Shown: positions 27,473-42,102 of the stretch, one piece after another
Numbering within the stretch: the first letter of the stretch is position 1
Layout: each line of letters opens with the position of its first letter
Source: Trichoplax sp. H2
Lineage: Eukaryota
DNA: 64,000 nucleotides
Direction: 5' to 3'
Assembly (NCBI GenBank): GCA_003344405.1
Contig: NOWV01000029.1
Coordinates: forward strand, 62,001 to 126,000
The notes under the pieces: model-generated
What the model saw: only the letters and a program-made list of their open reading frames with translations
Told to the model about the DNA's origin: nothing
Databases searched by the model: none
Program-made: the position numbers and the translations under genes

Positions 27473-27798
27473 CGTACGCAGCGGGTACTAACGTGTCGCC
27501 ATTATTAATATCTACTGTATATAGGCTCTACTAATTAATTGCAAATACAATTATGCCTTTTGTTGTCTAGCAATCTAGACATTATTAATATTCTTAATTT
27601 CAATTATCACTTACCAATATAATCCATTAGCTAAATACTGACAAAATCTATTTAATTAGCAAGTACGGTGCTTTGCTCCGTAACAGAGAGCAATTCCATT
27701 TCAACGTAAACCCATGGAAATGCCGACGCGCAGAAAAAATAGCTGGCATTAAATCTCTTATAACGAAAAATAAGATATTGACAGGCTAAAATTGTTTA

Positions 27799-28345
27799 GA
27801 ATATTGTTGAATATGGATGCAGTAAGTAAATTTTTCAGTCATCTCCTTATTAAAAGTACTACCAAACGAGTAAATTGCTTAAGATGGTACCGTAAATGAG
27901 CTATGATTTAAATATTTACACCATCGTTGAATATGTACACAATAAGGAAATTCTCTAATCATCTCTTTAAAAGTACTACCAAATCAATAGATCGCCTGGA
28001 TAGCGCCGCAAATGAGCTATGATTCAAATATTTAGAATATTGTTAAATACGGATGCAATAAGTAAATTCTTCATTCATTTCTGTAAGAGTTATGCCAAAT
28101 GAGTAGATTGCCTAGATGGTATCGTAAATAGGCTATGATTGAAATATTTTGAATATCGTTAAATATAGATACAATAAGTAAATTCTTTATCCATCTCTAT
28201 AAAAGCACTGTCGAACGAGTAGATTGCTTAAGATAGTCGATGACCCAAGGTTTAAATATACAGAATATCGTTGAATATAGATACAATAAGTAAATTTTTT
28301 CATCTATCTCTGTAAAACTACTGTCAAACGAGTAGATTGCTTAAC
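27799..28345. repeat. Degenerate minisatellite, about 116-120 nt unit, about 5 copies
   Basis: Recurring 'gaatatcgttgaatat.gat.caataagtaaatt...catctct..aaaagtact..caaacgagtagattgcttaagat...gagctatgatt.aaatattt'. Confidence 0.85.
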
Positions 28346-28847
28346 CAGTTATATTAAAAGAGAGAATTTTTCTCTGCAAAGATAGAGTTTGTATGGAACA
28401 GCGTCCTGCAAATCGGCCAGACTCATATGGAAGGGTTAAATGTAATATCTGTGTCAGCGAAACGATAGGAGTTTATGCTTTTCAATGTTAAATTTATCCA
28501 ATCATGGTCGCATTACGTGATATTAATTTGCTTCTGAAGGCTTTGCAAGTATACTCTACACTAAAATGAGCAGTAAAGAGCCACATTAAACCAACTATTC
28601 AAACAAGGATAACTCCTAATTATGGAATAGCTTTTATTTCAACCTAGCGAAAGCAATAGTCCATTTTTATAGCTTTATAAATTGGATCATGAAGAGAAGA
28701 AAAACAACATGGAAACAATTTCGATACCATGAGTTTATTCATCACAGAAATTAAAGCCAAAAACAAATTCTTATGGTTACTGTCATCTTTTAGTCCTAAA
28801 GGTATAAATCACAAAACAGTAGGAGATAACAAATTCTACATTTCCTT

Positions 28848-29050
28848 TCTAGCGATCACTTACAAACTTAATCCTAAAATAAATTCTACTTTAACTTTCT
28901 AGTTACCACTTCCAGAGTTAATCATAAAACAACAAATGCTATTTTTCCTCTCTAGCTACCACTTATAAAGTTAATACTAAAGTAGCAAATACTAGTTTTA
29001 CTTGCTAGCTACCACTTACAAATTCAATACTTAAATAAATCACTTACAAG
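28848..29050. repeat. Degenerate tandem repeat, about 52 nt unit, about 4 copies
   Basis: Recurring 'ctagctaccacttacaaa.ttaatactaaa' near 28848, 28898, 28952 and 29005. Confidence 0.7.
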
Positions 29051-29978
29051 TAACAACTAGGAGATTAAATTTATAACTAACCCATAGCGTTAAAAAAGTC
29101 AATTTGGAAGGCATGAAATTGCTCTACCTGTATTCAATATTTAAGAAGCAGTCGGTATATTCGGGTTAAAAATTTCCTAGTGGAGTCTAATCAGACTCTT
29201 TATAGAGTAGTTTATCCACGCTTTAGGTACGTAAAGAATCTAAAAGAAATGACTACAACTAAAGCTATAATCGGAGAAGCTTTTGTAATTTATCCCACCT
29301 CTGAGGAATGTAAAGGAATCGCTAAAGGGAACCGTAAAACTATAGCTAAAATTATCAATTTCTGTAATTTATCCACTTTATTATATATGTAAAAGAATTA
29401 AAATAGGAACAGGAGAACTAAAACTAAATAATACAAATTTTCTCGACCTCTAATTTTTAAACAATTTTAAATCCTTTCTTAAAAATCAATTCGTATAGAA
29501 AAAAGAAATGCCCAATTTATATTCCATTGCTACGCTATGAAAACTCGATACTATCCATAGCCAGCGAAATAATTCAATATCTAAAAGCAATAACGTATTA
29601 AACGAGGCATTTAATAAAAGCTATAGCCGATGAAGTCAAATCGACATGATTCTAACTATTTCAAAAGATTTTTTTCTTCTAAAACTAACATAGACAAACG
29701 ATAGTAATAAGAGTATTTCCCCTAAGCAAATAGGATGGTAATCTTACACTAGGTAAAAACAGCAAGTTTATATTGAAATTTAGGCTACTTGTTGAAATTC
29801 TGCCAATTCTTGGATCTTGTGAGACAATTTTTGAAACATGGCTAAGAAATGTAATCGACGTTTATTTAAAGTAATGGTACAGTCGCTTTCCAACGACGAA
29901 AACTAACGGATAATAAAAGCAACTTTTCCCTTGTTAAGCAAGTGATATCCAGTTCATCTTCCAGCGATGTTGGTAATC

Positions 29979-31544
29979 TTACAAATCAGTCACTGCGGAA
30001 AATCCTGCTCTTTTATAGGCTTTTTTAGGTTGTTTGGATGCCTTTGCATTTTTAGATCGATTGGCAGTTTTCGAGTTGTTATCATCATTAGGAGTATTGG
30101 AAACCTTTGAACTACGATGATTTACCGAATCCACTATCTCTTCAGAATTTATAACCTGAGCAGCTTTTTTATCCTTAGGTCCACTGGCAGTTTTCTTTGA
30201 TGCTGATTCCATCTTTGGGCTTTCTTCATGCTTAGAATTTCTACCAGCTTTCGTTGGAGTAGAATGATTGACTGATTTCATTATAGCTTTCTCTTGATCA
30301 TGATTTTGCTCCGCCACTGAATGCAAGGAATTTGCCGAGTTATTTTCTACAATTGGCTCGCCATTGGATTTGACTACTTCATTTTGTTGTATTTTCGATG
30401 ATTGTTGACTTTGATCAACGCTTGAACGAGATAAATTTGTTTGAACTACTTCGTTACTTTCTACTTCTGAATTTGATGAACTTGCCTGAATTAGCTTATC
30501 ATTTTCTACTTCTAGTTTTTTATTCGATTGGATCATTTTTTCATGCTGTTGTTGGTCTTGTTCTACCTCTGAATCAGATGAATTTACTTGTACTATAGGC
30601 TTATTTTCTGCCTCTACTTGATCATTTTGACCATCAGCATGAGTTTTATGGTCTAATTCTTGCTTGCTACTGATGGCTGTTTTCTCTTTACTTTGCTCCA
30701 CTCCATCACCGTTCACTATCGCCATTTCATTAGCAAATTTATTCAACCCGACATGATCCTGATTAGATAGATGATCCGCATCAACGACGTCTTTTCCATC
30801 TGCAATTTGTTGCAATGGTTCAGTTGAGTTATTCTCATTATCACTGGCTTGTTGTGTTGCATCCTGTTCATCATCACCTTTCTCAGCCTTACTTTCATTT
30901 ATTTTCTTGTATTGAGCTAAATCTTTCAACGGTATACCTATAAATTCTTCTTGACGGAATTCGGTATCTCGCATTTTATCGATATCGTCTAAGCTACTCG
31001 TTCTACGATGACGCATTCGTTGAAGACGTAGTAAAAGTAAATTCTCATCAGAGACTTGTTTCTTCACTTTATCACTGGTTTTAATACACCAGATGACTTG
31101 TTTTCGATTCTCCTCATCTATCCCTAGATTATCCTCTAAACACTGTTTTAATAATTCAGTTGCTTCAAGATTCTGAGCTTTGGATGCCTTAATAAGCCAC
31201 TCAACACCCGTCCTGGCCGAAGCTCCATGAAAGCTATCCGATAGATGAAGGCGGCCAAATTTGACTTGGCTGCGTATATTGCCACTTTCAGCTGATTTTT
31301 TCAATGTTTCCAAATCTTCTTCTTCGATTCGGTTTTTCCGAAATAGACCAGATAATGGTGGCCGCTTCGGTTTATTGGAAGCTGGGTTATGCATAGGAAC
31401 GGTGCCATATAATTGAGCGGCTTTTAAGTTCTCTTCATCAATTTGACGATCTTCCTCAACTGTAGAAGATTCTCCTACAACACCACGGCGACGTTGGCGC
31501 CATGAAGAAAATTTATCTGCAATTTTCCTTTTAGCTCTTTTCAT
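29979..31544 (-). CDS. Wolframin N-terminal (Sel1-like repeat) domain protein with long disordered Q/N/S/E/K-rich tail; no transmembrane region, about 521 aa
   Basis: First ATG at 31544 (MKRAK...). The segment ETLKKSAESGNIRSQVKFGRLHL...TGVEWLIKASKAQNLEATELLKQCLEDNLGIDEENRKQV aligns by eye to the WFS1 N-terminus (A..GD.KAQ.EVG.HYL...AVDWL..AAKQG..EA..LL..CL....GI..EN). The remainder is hydrophilic and low-complexity up to TAA. Confidence 0.8.
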   Translation of the reverse strand: MKRAKRKIADKFSSWRQRRRGVVGESSTVEEDRQIDEENLKAAQLYGTVPMHNPASNKPKRPPLSGLFRKNRIEEEDLETLKKSAESGNIRSQVKFGRLHLSDSFHGASARTGVEWLIKASKAQNLEATELLKQCLEDNLGIDEENRKQVIWCIKTSDKVKKQVSDENLLLLRLQRMRHRRTSSLDDIDKMRDTEFRQEEFIGIPLKDLAQYKKINESKAEKGDDEQDATQQASDNENNSTEPLQQIADGKDVVDADHLSNQDHVGLNKFANEMAIVNGDGVEQSKEKTAISSKQELDHKTHADGQNDQVEAENKPIVQVNSSDSEVEQDQQQHEKMIQSNKKLEVENDKLIQASSSNSEVESNEVVQTNLSRSSVDQSQQSSKIQQNEVVKSNGEPIVENNSANSLHSVAEQNHDQEKAIMKSVNHSTPTKAGRNSKHEESPKMESASKKTASGPKDKKAAQVINSEEIVDSVNHRSSKVSNTPNDDNNSKTANRSKNAKASKQPKKAYKRAGFSAVTDL

Positions 31545-34500
31545 CGCTATCCACCTCAAATTGAAATCAACCTGTACGACAATCCTATGATCAATCTTAT
31601 ACAGGAAAAATTCAAGGAATCAACTCGAATTGATTGGTTTGTTGTTGTTCAATACTAGTTTAAATACAACCTAAAAACATATGGTTATATTGATTTAGGC
31701 GTATTGGTTGTCATCAGCTATTCAAGATGGATGGAGCACAGAAACTTATTTCTCATGCTACTAACAAGCAATGGTAAAAATATTTATTTACATAGAATTT
31801 TTTTATTGTAACGGTGTCGCCAGGTTGGCTCAAATAGAAATAATAACCCTTGCTAGCTGAAATTACTGAAAACGATTATCAAGCAACTTCTTTAGTGGAC
31901 TATCATCAATTAATTTATAGAAAGCTCAATAAAATAGAGAGGGGAAAGAGTAGCTAAAAGCAAATACGTTACGTTAATATATTGCGTCAGAATTATAGTA
32001 TTCTAACAATTAAGTAAAGCCTAGCGTGATTTCAATCCTAAATTTCTTTGGTATTTGCAACAGCGAAAAAATTAAACTACACTAATGTAGATCAGTTGCT
32101 CGATTTGACTCTTTCCCATCCAATAGCATATCGTCAACGATTTCATACCATACGGTTTTCATTTTAGATGATATCACTATTTATGATTAATTTAATTAAG
32201 CATGGAGATCTACTCCTATCGTAATGAATATTACACTAATTACTTGTAATATTTCAACGTCAACCTGTAAGAACAATTAGAGAAAATTAAATCATCAGTA
32301 TTTACTTAACCCTATGTACAGGCATAAAAAGGAAGTTTCTTAATTAATTATAATAAGTATTCCGATAAATCGTTACGCAAAATCGGCTAGAAAATATTGG
32401 AATAGTTGCTAACAATCATTATATCGATTTCAATATTTCGACTTAAAATCATGAATGTGTTCAATAGGAATAGAGATACCATTAACGATCACTTAATTCC
32501 ATATTCAATCTGGGATGATATATTTTCTGCTAATTTAATTATCCTATTTGATACATCTCCATTCACTATGAATGCATTGAATACGGTACTATTTAAGTAA
32601 AGATACCGTTGAGTATCATATTTTCTGCTAATTTCATCAAATTGTATCATTTTAATTTATTGTATGAGTATAGAAAGAACGAGCTCGAAGCTCATTTTAC
32701 AAAATAAATATTCTACTCGTATATTATAACCAACCTTTCGAAAACTTGGATAGTCAATCTTTTTAGCGAATCACATCAAATTACAATCCTGAAATAGACC
32801 ATTAATGGAGCCTCGATGCCTAGAAATCTAACATTTGGCAAATACTTCTACGTCATTGCCAACCATAGCATAATATGAAATGTATTTAATGACGTAGGAT
32901 GATAAACTGTTTTAGTCATCTTTCTCATAACTGAATTTATAGTTAAAACAGGAATCAAGCGGCCTTTGATATAGAATTTTGCATACATAGTGATAATTCT
33001 ACATATTTCGTTATCGGATACAATATTATTACCATCTAAAAGAACCTATATTTCATTCTTTATTATTAGGAATAAGAAATTTAACGCCTCTAAATGACCT
33101 TGGCTGTCAGTTACAATAATAATTCAGAATTAACCTGTTTAAAAAATGCATTTACGTATCCTATACATATGGTGACTCATTGCTATCTAATCTACCATGC
33201 GGCAATTCCATTACATATTCATCTTAACATAGTAATATAGATTCTATATCTAATATAGGATAAGATATATACATAAGAATAATAGATTAATCTATATAGA
33301 AAACTAATCATAACGATTAAATTGATATTGATCTATCAGTGATTAAATTATCTCCATATTTTATTCAAATTCTCAAATTGAATTTGCTCGATTCCACTTA
33401 TGAAAATCTGGTAAATTATAAAACAGAACTACCCAAACTACTCAGCTCATTTGATAATTATATAATTTATTAGTGGCTTTAAACAATGTGGCTACCTGTA
33501 GATTGTTAAGTAATCACATCTTTAAGAGGTCATTTTTAATCCAATATTGAGTCGTATAACCAAACTCAATGTCTTAACGATTAATCTCTTTAACTTACAT
33601 GTAAGTTTAACCTGCTTTTGATGATCAATGAATTAGACTGTATATTCACCAATTTATAAGCTGATAACATTACCGTAACCTATGAAAATAATTAACTTGA
33701 TTTGAACTTAAGTTAAAAATGTAAATTAATCTATCCTCAGATTTTAGCTATAAACTCAACTTACGATAGTAAATATTTTATTGTAAGACACGGAACATTA
33801 CTAACTATAAATCTATGGATTCTGTAATTTCTCATTAACAATCTAGCATGTGGCGAGATATTTCTACTCATTTGCAAGGTATTTAATAAATAGCGCTAAA
33901 GATTAAAATAACAAAAGTATAAATTTGGGTAGAGTTGCAGATCTATTTATTTATGCTGGTTAATAAGTAACATTCGAGGGCATCTTAATGAGATTTATTC
34001 CAAATCCAAGTTTCAATTTGTTATTTTAACTACCAAGCATGTAATTTGATCTAATTTGTGCCATCTTCTATGGCGTACTAACCGATCCTAATAATTTTCA
34101 ATTGATAGTCTGTAATTTAAAGCAGATATGTAAGTCAACTATTCTCAACATATATGGGTTGATAGATTTATTAATTGAAAGGTTTTAAATCTTTATGGTA
34201 CCGGTACACACAAAATATCAACTGTAACTACTCTATCAGCTAAAATCAGATTAAATTAAAGGAATCAAATATTGACTAATATTAGAAATAAAGAATTTCA
34301 GTATTGAATTACAATATTTGCTAATTAGATTGCATTTAGAGATATGAATATTTTGATTCATATAGCGGACGAAGCCTGTCTGAATGACCTCCAAAGCTGT
34401 AGTATAGTATAAAGTGTATACAATTATCTTTAGAGAACATTGCTGACTTTAAGTACAGCACCTCTAGAAAGGAATATATCCAGGAATGACTTTAAGAATA

Positions 34501-37500
34501 CAATCTCTTCAAGTAGAAGAAATAAAAGCTGTAATTGACATTCTTATTATAGTGCGACTAGTTTTATTAAATGTTCTTGTATTAAACTAAAAAAATTATG
34601 GTAGTGATTGATTCGCAAATTTAAGTTGTTACCAAATATCTAGTAAAGCGGTATAATATACGTATTTCAAAATAGGTAAGTAGTTACTGCCATAAACTCA
34701 AATAGGTATCGATAGAATTTATTACACTATAATTGATTTATACTTATCCTATACATATAAATTTATAGCAGTTAATCCATTTTTCAGTGATTATTACAAA
34801 ATAAAAAGTATTTAACTTCATTAAAATTGTTCTTAATTTTTACGTATCAGACCCGAATATTAAATTTTTACTTTAGATTATAACGTATTTGAAATAACAT
34901 TACGACTTTTTAAGCATATATGGGTGTAAGCAATTGATACCCTACTTGCTAATTGCCACAATATGCATAAAAAAGATTTTGATTCACCTTTAACTTTTAG
35001 CTCAAAGAAACAACATACTGTGCATTGTACATAGACACCCTCCACATTAGGCTACATTCTATTGATGTCAACATAATAAATGATAAATAAGCTCTTAATA
35101 TATTCATATACCCCAAGCTTAATAGCATTTCATCATCTATCGACATCTACCCTACCCTTTTGTGTAAACAGATATTTACCTCTAAGTTATAGCATCTTTG
35201 TGTATAAAGCGGGGCTCAATATTAGAAAACATCTCAAACTTTGAAGTTATATTCATAAATAGTTAGTAAATCTAGATTTTGATAAAACTACTATCTTACG
35301 TTTTTAAAGCTATATGAGTTACATACAATTATTGTATGGTTAATATACTGATCTATTATTATAAATAATAATAGTGTAACATTTATATATATATATATAT
35401 GAACTATATATATCAGAGCGTAATATTAGACAACACCATGTCTTCGAAGTTTTATTCTCTGATTTTAATAAAATTTGAGATCTCTTTAGCCTAGCTCTGG
35501 AATTAATCCTGTCAATTAGCGGTTGTACGCACATCACTTTATAGATTATTAATATCTTTACATGCTCTCGCTCGAATGGATATTTATCTCCAAATGATAT
35601 TGCGCAATTTGGAACTTTGAACAGGAGCTCAATATTGGACAACACCTCCTATTTTGATATACCACCTACGAACATTCAGCGAATTTAAGATCACCTGGCC
35701 TGCTATCAGAGTTGGGCTTTCTCGTTATCGGATAGAAATGACCTTACTGTGCATTAACCATAATATTTAATTTTTAATATTTTACCCTTACTCTATTTGT
35801 TTCTAATAAGCAACATTCAACTTTTAAAAATTTTCATTATATTGGATAAGATCATTTTGTTCATTTTCTTATACAATTGGCACGATAAGAATAGAAAAAT
35901 CCAAGCTCTTTATATGAATACCATTGACATTATATAGTATGCTTGTGTTAATTTTGGTTTTGGTGCATAATTATTCGCGAGAGAATGTTTAAACTCTTAA
36001 GGTATCTTTATAGCTATACTATTATGAAGCAGAACATAAAAATCCCTAACCGTAAATACATTTTTTAAAATATATTAAATTGTTACAATATGATAACAAA
36101 AGCTCTACGTATTTCAACTCACAAATTTTATAGACTGATCATGTATTTGTATACTTTCAGTTCTACAAGCAAATTACTACGATGCAAAGGCAGTGTAGAA
36201 ACAGTAGTACACATACTGTATAAACCAACAACTTATAAATAAGATCAGGACCGATATTATTTATACGACAAGTAATATCATAATTTCGGATTTATAACAA
36301 GCTAATTGATGGCAAACCATCATCTTTCTATTACTTCATCCTGACTTGAGCACAACATACTGTTTAAGTGACATTTACAACTCTTTCAGCCGATTATAAC
36401 TGCTACATATATATATTGAATGGAGTGAGATTCTCTTCTTGTATACGTAGTAGGAAGCCAACGCAAAAAGTTTTTTCAAATTTTTACGTACGATTATTAC
36501 TTACTTAAGTGAACTTGTTAATATTAAACTGTTAGTTGATAGATACTATGACAGCTTAATTCGTTAAGCTTGTTTTCACGATTAAATTAGCAGAGTTTAG
36601 ATGCTATACAAATATGATAAGGTCAAGATGAAATCTAAAATAGACCTTTAAAGCAATCGTGAATACTGCAGTAACTACATTCCAGGGTAACCTACTATTT
36701 AATCTCTATGACTGCAATATAATTACCACCTAGAATCAATTATTATTCAGCGATATACAGTACTGGTATTATTAGTATAGCTAATAAACTATTAATACTA
36801 CACATACAGTACTTGCAATCTGAAGTACAATTTTGATTAATCGACTGTAATTCAGTCAATGACCTTGAATGTAGTAAAAATTATTTTACAGTCAATATCT
36901 CAGGATTTTTAGAAAGTTATTGATTGAGGTTTGTGAAACCAAAATTATTTTATCCGTATTCTAACCCGATAAAATACGGTACCATCACCTAAATTATAAA
37001 AGTAGACACAAAACTACCCAATAAGAATATCGATGCTACTACTGCAAGCAAGAGCATGAGATATTATTTGGCCTATCCATGCTACCTATAGATAAGATAT
37101 TTAACATAATGGGTATCAACATTTAAAGTAATAACTTTAGTATCTACTAACACAAGCCTCAGGATCTAATAGTGAGGTAAAGTAAAAGAAATGGCAATTT
37201 CGAGTATTTCTAAATAACGATAAGCTGGCATTTTCAAATATTACCTCTGAGCGTGCATTCTTAGCAAAATTGAGCTAGGACGATTGTGCAACAGTTTATT
37301 ATGGTATAAGACAAGTTTAAGGAGTATAGATGAAACCATCTTCGTTTTAGCTTAGGATCATCAGTTCTATCTTTCATATTAGTAATAGTAATTTTTCAAT
37401 TTCTGAATAAATGACTGAATTTTAATTTACAATATCTTCAATCAAGAAACCCACCACTCACTTACCATCCATGCTTTACTTTATAAAATTGTCTGATTTT

Positions 37501-40500
37501 AAAATACTTTACACTAATTCAACTTTATGGCCAACATTATGTGTATCTGCCGAAGGAGAAAAATCTACTTTATACCGACATACTTTCATGATAAATAAGA
37601 TTAAGATCAGCTATATCTAGCGCTTGAAATCAGAATTGTACTTTAGAATCCTCTCTATCTTAGCCTCTCTCCCGACAAGCAGTATGAAATCAGTGCCCTT
37701 TTATGCATGTTAATTATCTTATGATTCACAGTAGCCATTCCAATTAATAGTTGTTATAAATTTTCAAAGGCAAAATTAAATATACAGTATGCTATGAACT
37801 TAATTATAGTGTAATGTAACTTAGTATTGTGATTGTAGACTGTTAGACATGTTTAGTATAATGTACGGTAGATATTTATCCTAAGAGACATTTAAATGGT
37901 AGCCATAACTATAGACTGTAGTGGTATAGACTCTATGCTAGAGTACAGATGACTATACATAGTAAGGTATTGAGTTACTAATAAAGCTAGCTATAGGTAA
38001 AAATAGAACTATAAATCATATATTAGGATATGGTTAATTCATTGTACTTGGGCTGGTGTGAACAATGTCTAGGTAAATACTGTAGTCGTATCCATATTGG
38101 ATTAATGATGGTCCGCAGTAGAATAATAAGAATAATTTTACTATGTGTAAAATAAGGTAAAAGGTTGCCAAGCGGATTGTAGCTGCGAATGCTACGAACA
38201 GTATAAAAGCATGCAACTTTAGATTATTCTGTTAGTTCATTCTAGAAGTCTTTAGTAGTAGTATTCGGCTAGAGTAGAGCTGAGTGTAGTAATCTTTGTA
38301 TAAGATTCAATAAAGCCCTTATTTTTCTAAAATTGGGAATTTCGTGATTGGTATATATCACAAATAGCAATACTCCGTTACGTTCCGGTAACATTACTAT
38401 TAACAAACTAACTCATAAATTCCAATAGTAGAATACGTCATACATCTAGTGCCCAATAAACTAAGTTCTAACAATATCTCTTTAAGTGCTACTAATAACC
38501 TTACAATTCGCGAAAATTGCTCTTTTACTTCAATTAATAGACTAACTTCCTACAATTTCTGGAAGTAGAACAGTAGCAATACATAACTAGGAACACTTCT
38601 TTTTGTTGTGATTTAATCCCAAAGGTTATTAATGAAAGAGCTTTGTCATAATTTTAGAAGCAATTTTAAAATTATTAAAATTCATGCCTAGTAAATGTAA
38701 CAATATATCTATAAGCAGGTGCTAATTAATTAGCTATAATGATATAAACTGTTTATTTATCTGATTAAATCTTGTAATAATTGACATTAGTGGATAAATT
38801 ACAACTAGTCCATGCAATGTCCGCTTTGCAAATAAAAAATATCTAGTTTTATCTTCCACTTCCAATATAATTTTATTTGATATACTGGTGGTAAAAAGCA
38901 AATTACGATATATTCATAAAATTAGATAAAATAAAATGCTTCAAATTACGTTGATACTCGTTCTAATAGCATGATTTAATTAGGTCCATGTTATTTGCTT
39001 ACTCATGATCTAAAATTATTCATTCTTGAAGATAAATTGCAACCGTATCATCGAGATTATACTCCTGCTATTGCTCTAATAGCAAGATCAAGTAGATGTG
39101 TGACTTTGTAATTTAATCGACGATTAAGTGTAAAGAATTCAGTTTAATTTAGAATATTAGTAACAAACGCAGCGAAAGTAATAGCTCCTAATAAAGATTA
39201 ATAAGGATATGGACTTTTATAATTACTTAACGATAGTCATCATTTGCTCATTCTTTTAGAGTTACCTGTGTCTCAATACTTCATGTCTAATACTAGTGCT
39301 GGATTGCATTGCTAACCTATAAACTGTGTGCGTTTCCATTTTAAAATCATTTAGTACCAGCATTCAGTAACAAAAACTGACTGCTAAAAGGTGTAATTAA
39401 TATCTGAACCATCATAACGTTCAAATTCTTATTATACTTATAGCCTATCAACTGCGGTAAATATCTACTAGCTTATTCGTTCATTCAGAATAGGTCAATA
39501 CCTCAACATGATACTGATTATCATTTCTTGAATAAAATGAGAAATATAACTGAAGTTAAGCTTTCTTGTCTAGAATTTGAATAAGAGTAAATCCCATAAC
39601 AATTGATCTGGCTAACCACTAGAGCCACAGTCCCATTATTAATGAACTAATATTATATTTTTTATAATAGGCGGGACATTGTTACAAAAGGGCTATTTCC
39701 TATTCTACACTTAATGATGTCTCTCATCATGGAAATTCCCTAAAGACTTGAAATGATTGAAGAAAGGTCCGTCTATAAAAACAGTTTGAAAGCTAAAGAA
39801 ACTAACTTAAATCATCACCATAATTGAAATATACTTCATTTAAATATTTTTTCATTTATTGTTATCCTTTATGATTTAGCTATCTCCAATGGATGGTGAT
39901 TATTTCCCATAATCTTATTTTAATTCTCAATCACAAACAGCTTTCATATAGATGCATTCCATCCATGAATGGAATTTTGAGAGCATTAATAACGTTACGA
40001 TAGATCAAAGATTTTATAGCCAGGTTGAAATTATTAGTAATAATTTACCTTTATATCTCTATAGTGATTTCTTATTACGATCTAATAGTAAATATCGCCA
40101 TCCGTTCGTCAGTAGTAAGAATTTTAACATTCGTATTCTAAGAGTGTATAATCTAAGAGATAGACTAACCTTCTTTCCAGTTGTGTTACTAGAGAAAATT
40201 TTTAAACTTCAAGAATTTACTCTACCATAAAATTTAATTCTTCCACCTTCAAACTACGTAGAGAACTACAAAGATATTTATTGGTAGCAAGTAAACAATG
40301 TTATTTGTTCTTAATAATAATATACACAGTAACTGATAATTGGTAATAGTCGTACTTTTAAGCACTAGCATTTACTGTACTAGCTATTCACCCTAAAAAT
40401 ATTTAGCATTAATTAAGACAGTATTGACATTTCAATAGCCGTAGATCCATTCTACGAAACATTTGATATTAGTTGAATTCAATTTGCATTTATGCAAATT

Positions 40501-42102
40501 TGGTAATTGGACTAGAATATTTTTGGGATTATGGCCTACATTAATCATCATCATTATTATTATTTATGAACAAAATCATCATGTCTTAATTAATTAGCAT
40601 AAAAACTAAAGAAACAAAAGTTAATAAACCGTTTACTATTGTCATTATCATCATACTGGTAATAATTATCATTAGACGAATACTCTGCAGGTGGTTATTC
40701 TTCTTATTACTTACGTCCAATAATGATTATAAAATGGACAAGAATGAAATAGGTTAAATTTCCATCAGGATTAATACAAATCAACATCAAAGTCAAATGG
40801 ACCAGAGGTAATATGTAATTAACAAATAATGATAGATGGTCTAATATGCGGGTATAATCTCTCCTCCTATTTTCTTCATATAACTTCAAAAAATGACTGT
40901 AACTTTACATAACAGTATCCATACAACTGCATCATTAGATTGAATTAGTTAATTAAAATCTAAAATTCATACAATTTTTTAATCTATCATGGTAAATTTA
41001 CATCCATCGAAGGAATAATAATATGACTAGCTAGTTCATACCTATCCCTAAATATACAAACATATCTAAACAGTACTAGATATATCTACATAGCTGTATA
41101 TGATATATTGACATTTTCATTTTTAATAGATGGAGAAACGATTCTGTGAATATGCTTAGACTAAGAAATAAATAAGGTTTTTTCAATTAGAAATAACATA
41201 GCATAGAAATATTTTCCTATGCTATAAGTAAAAGAATAGATTTAATAAAGAAATAGAAGCAACCTATGCTATATTATCGTTCTCCTCAAACTACAGTGCA
41301 ATTAGAACCAACATAGACTAATTAACAGTCTATCTATCATAAAGTAATGCAAGTATATTACATTGTTGCAACCTAGACAGTGTATCATTCAAAATCTGTG
41401 TGAATCATCATTAATCAATGTACTCGTAATTATGATTATGATAGAATATGGCGCTGTTAGCATGATGCCTATGGTATTGATTGTGGCTGGCGCCTCATCT
41501 TTTCATTACATTATACAATTAAATGAAGATTCAGTAGGAAGCCAAAGACGATGTTTACTATCAGGATACATTACTAATACCTATATTCTATCATCATTGA
41601 ATATAAAATCTGCATGATGCATTAGTCGCTAATTATTTAACATAGGAAAGATTTTTGTCTCCAAAACAGATCTCCGAATCCTTCAGATTTATTCCAATCT
41701 TCGATCTCGAACTTATTCTTTCCATCACTGTCGATTTTAGATTGATATTAAGGTAAGTTAACTACTATTTCATCCACCTTGATTGCATGGTACGAAAGCC
41801 ACTATAATATAGAATCAGTTTTGAAAAACTTAGCTCGAGGATAGTTAAAAATCTACTCTTTAATTTTGGAATTTATCCTTTATATCTTTTAATTAACAGT
41901 AAATTAATTTTATTTAGGTTAAACTAGCAATCTTCTATTTAACTTATAACTTTATTCTTTCTATTAAATCGTATCTATCTTCTCCATTAATCGATTAATC
42001 CGGAATGGAACACTTCATCATACCTTACGTTACCTGTCATTATATTCCTTAATAAAATCAAAATCGTCCTTTAATCAACTTTATTTTGTAGTCCAATTAT
42101 TC

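Noticed and set aside
28369..29392. Short Cys-rich frame near 28370-28490 and ORF 29180-29392
   Set aside because: No recognisable domain or consistent splice chain; neither encodes the missing wolframin TM region.
41363..41617. 84-aa ORF as candidate ESRP first exon
   Set aside because: Exon 42103-42237 fits the ESRP N-terminus and splice phase better; this ORF has no convincing homology.
41741..41752. Possible 12-nt coding microexon (IDIK) before a gtaagt donor
   Set aside because: More simply explained as the end of a 5' UTR exon splicing to the acceptor at 42091, upstream of the ATG.
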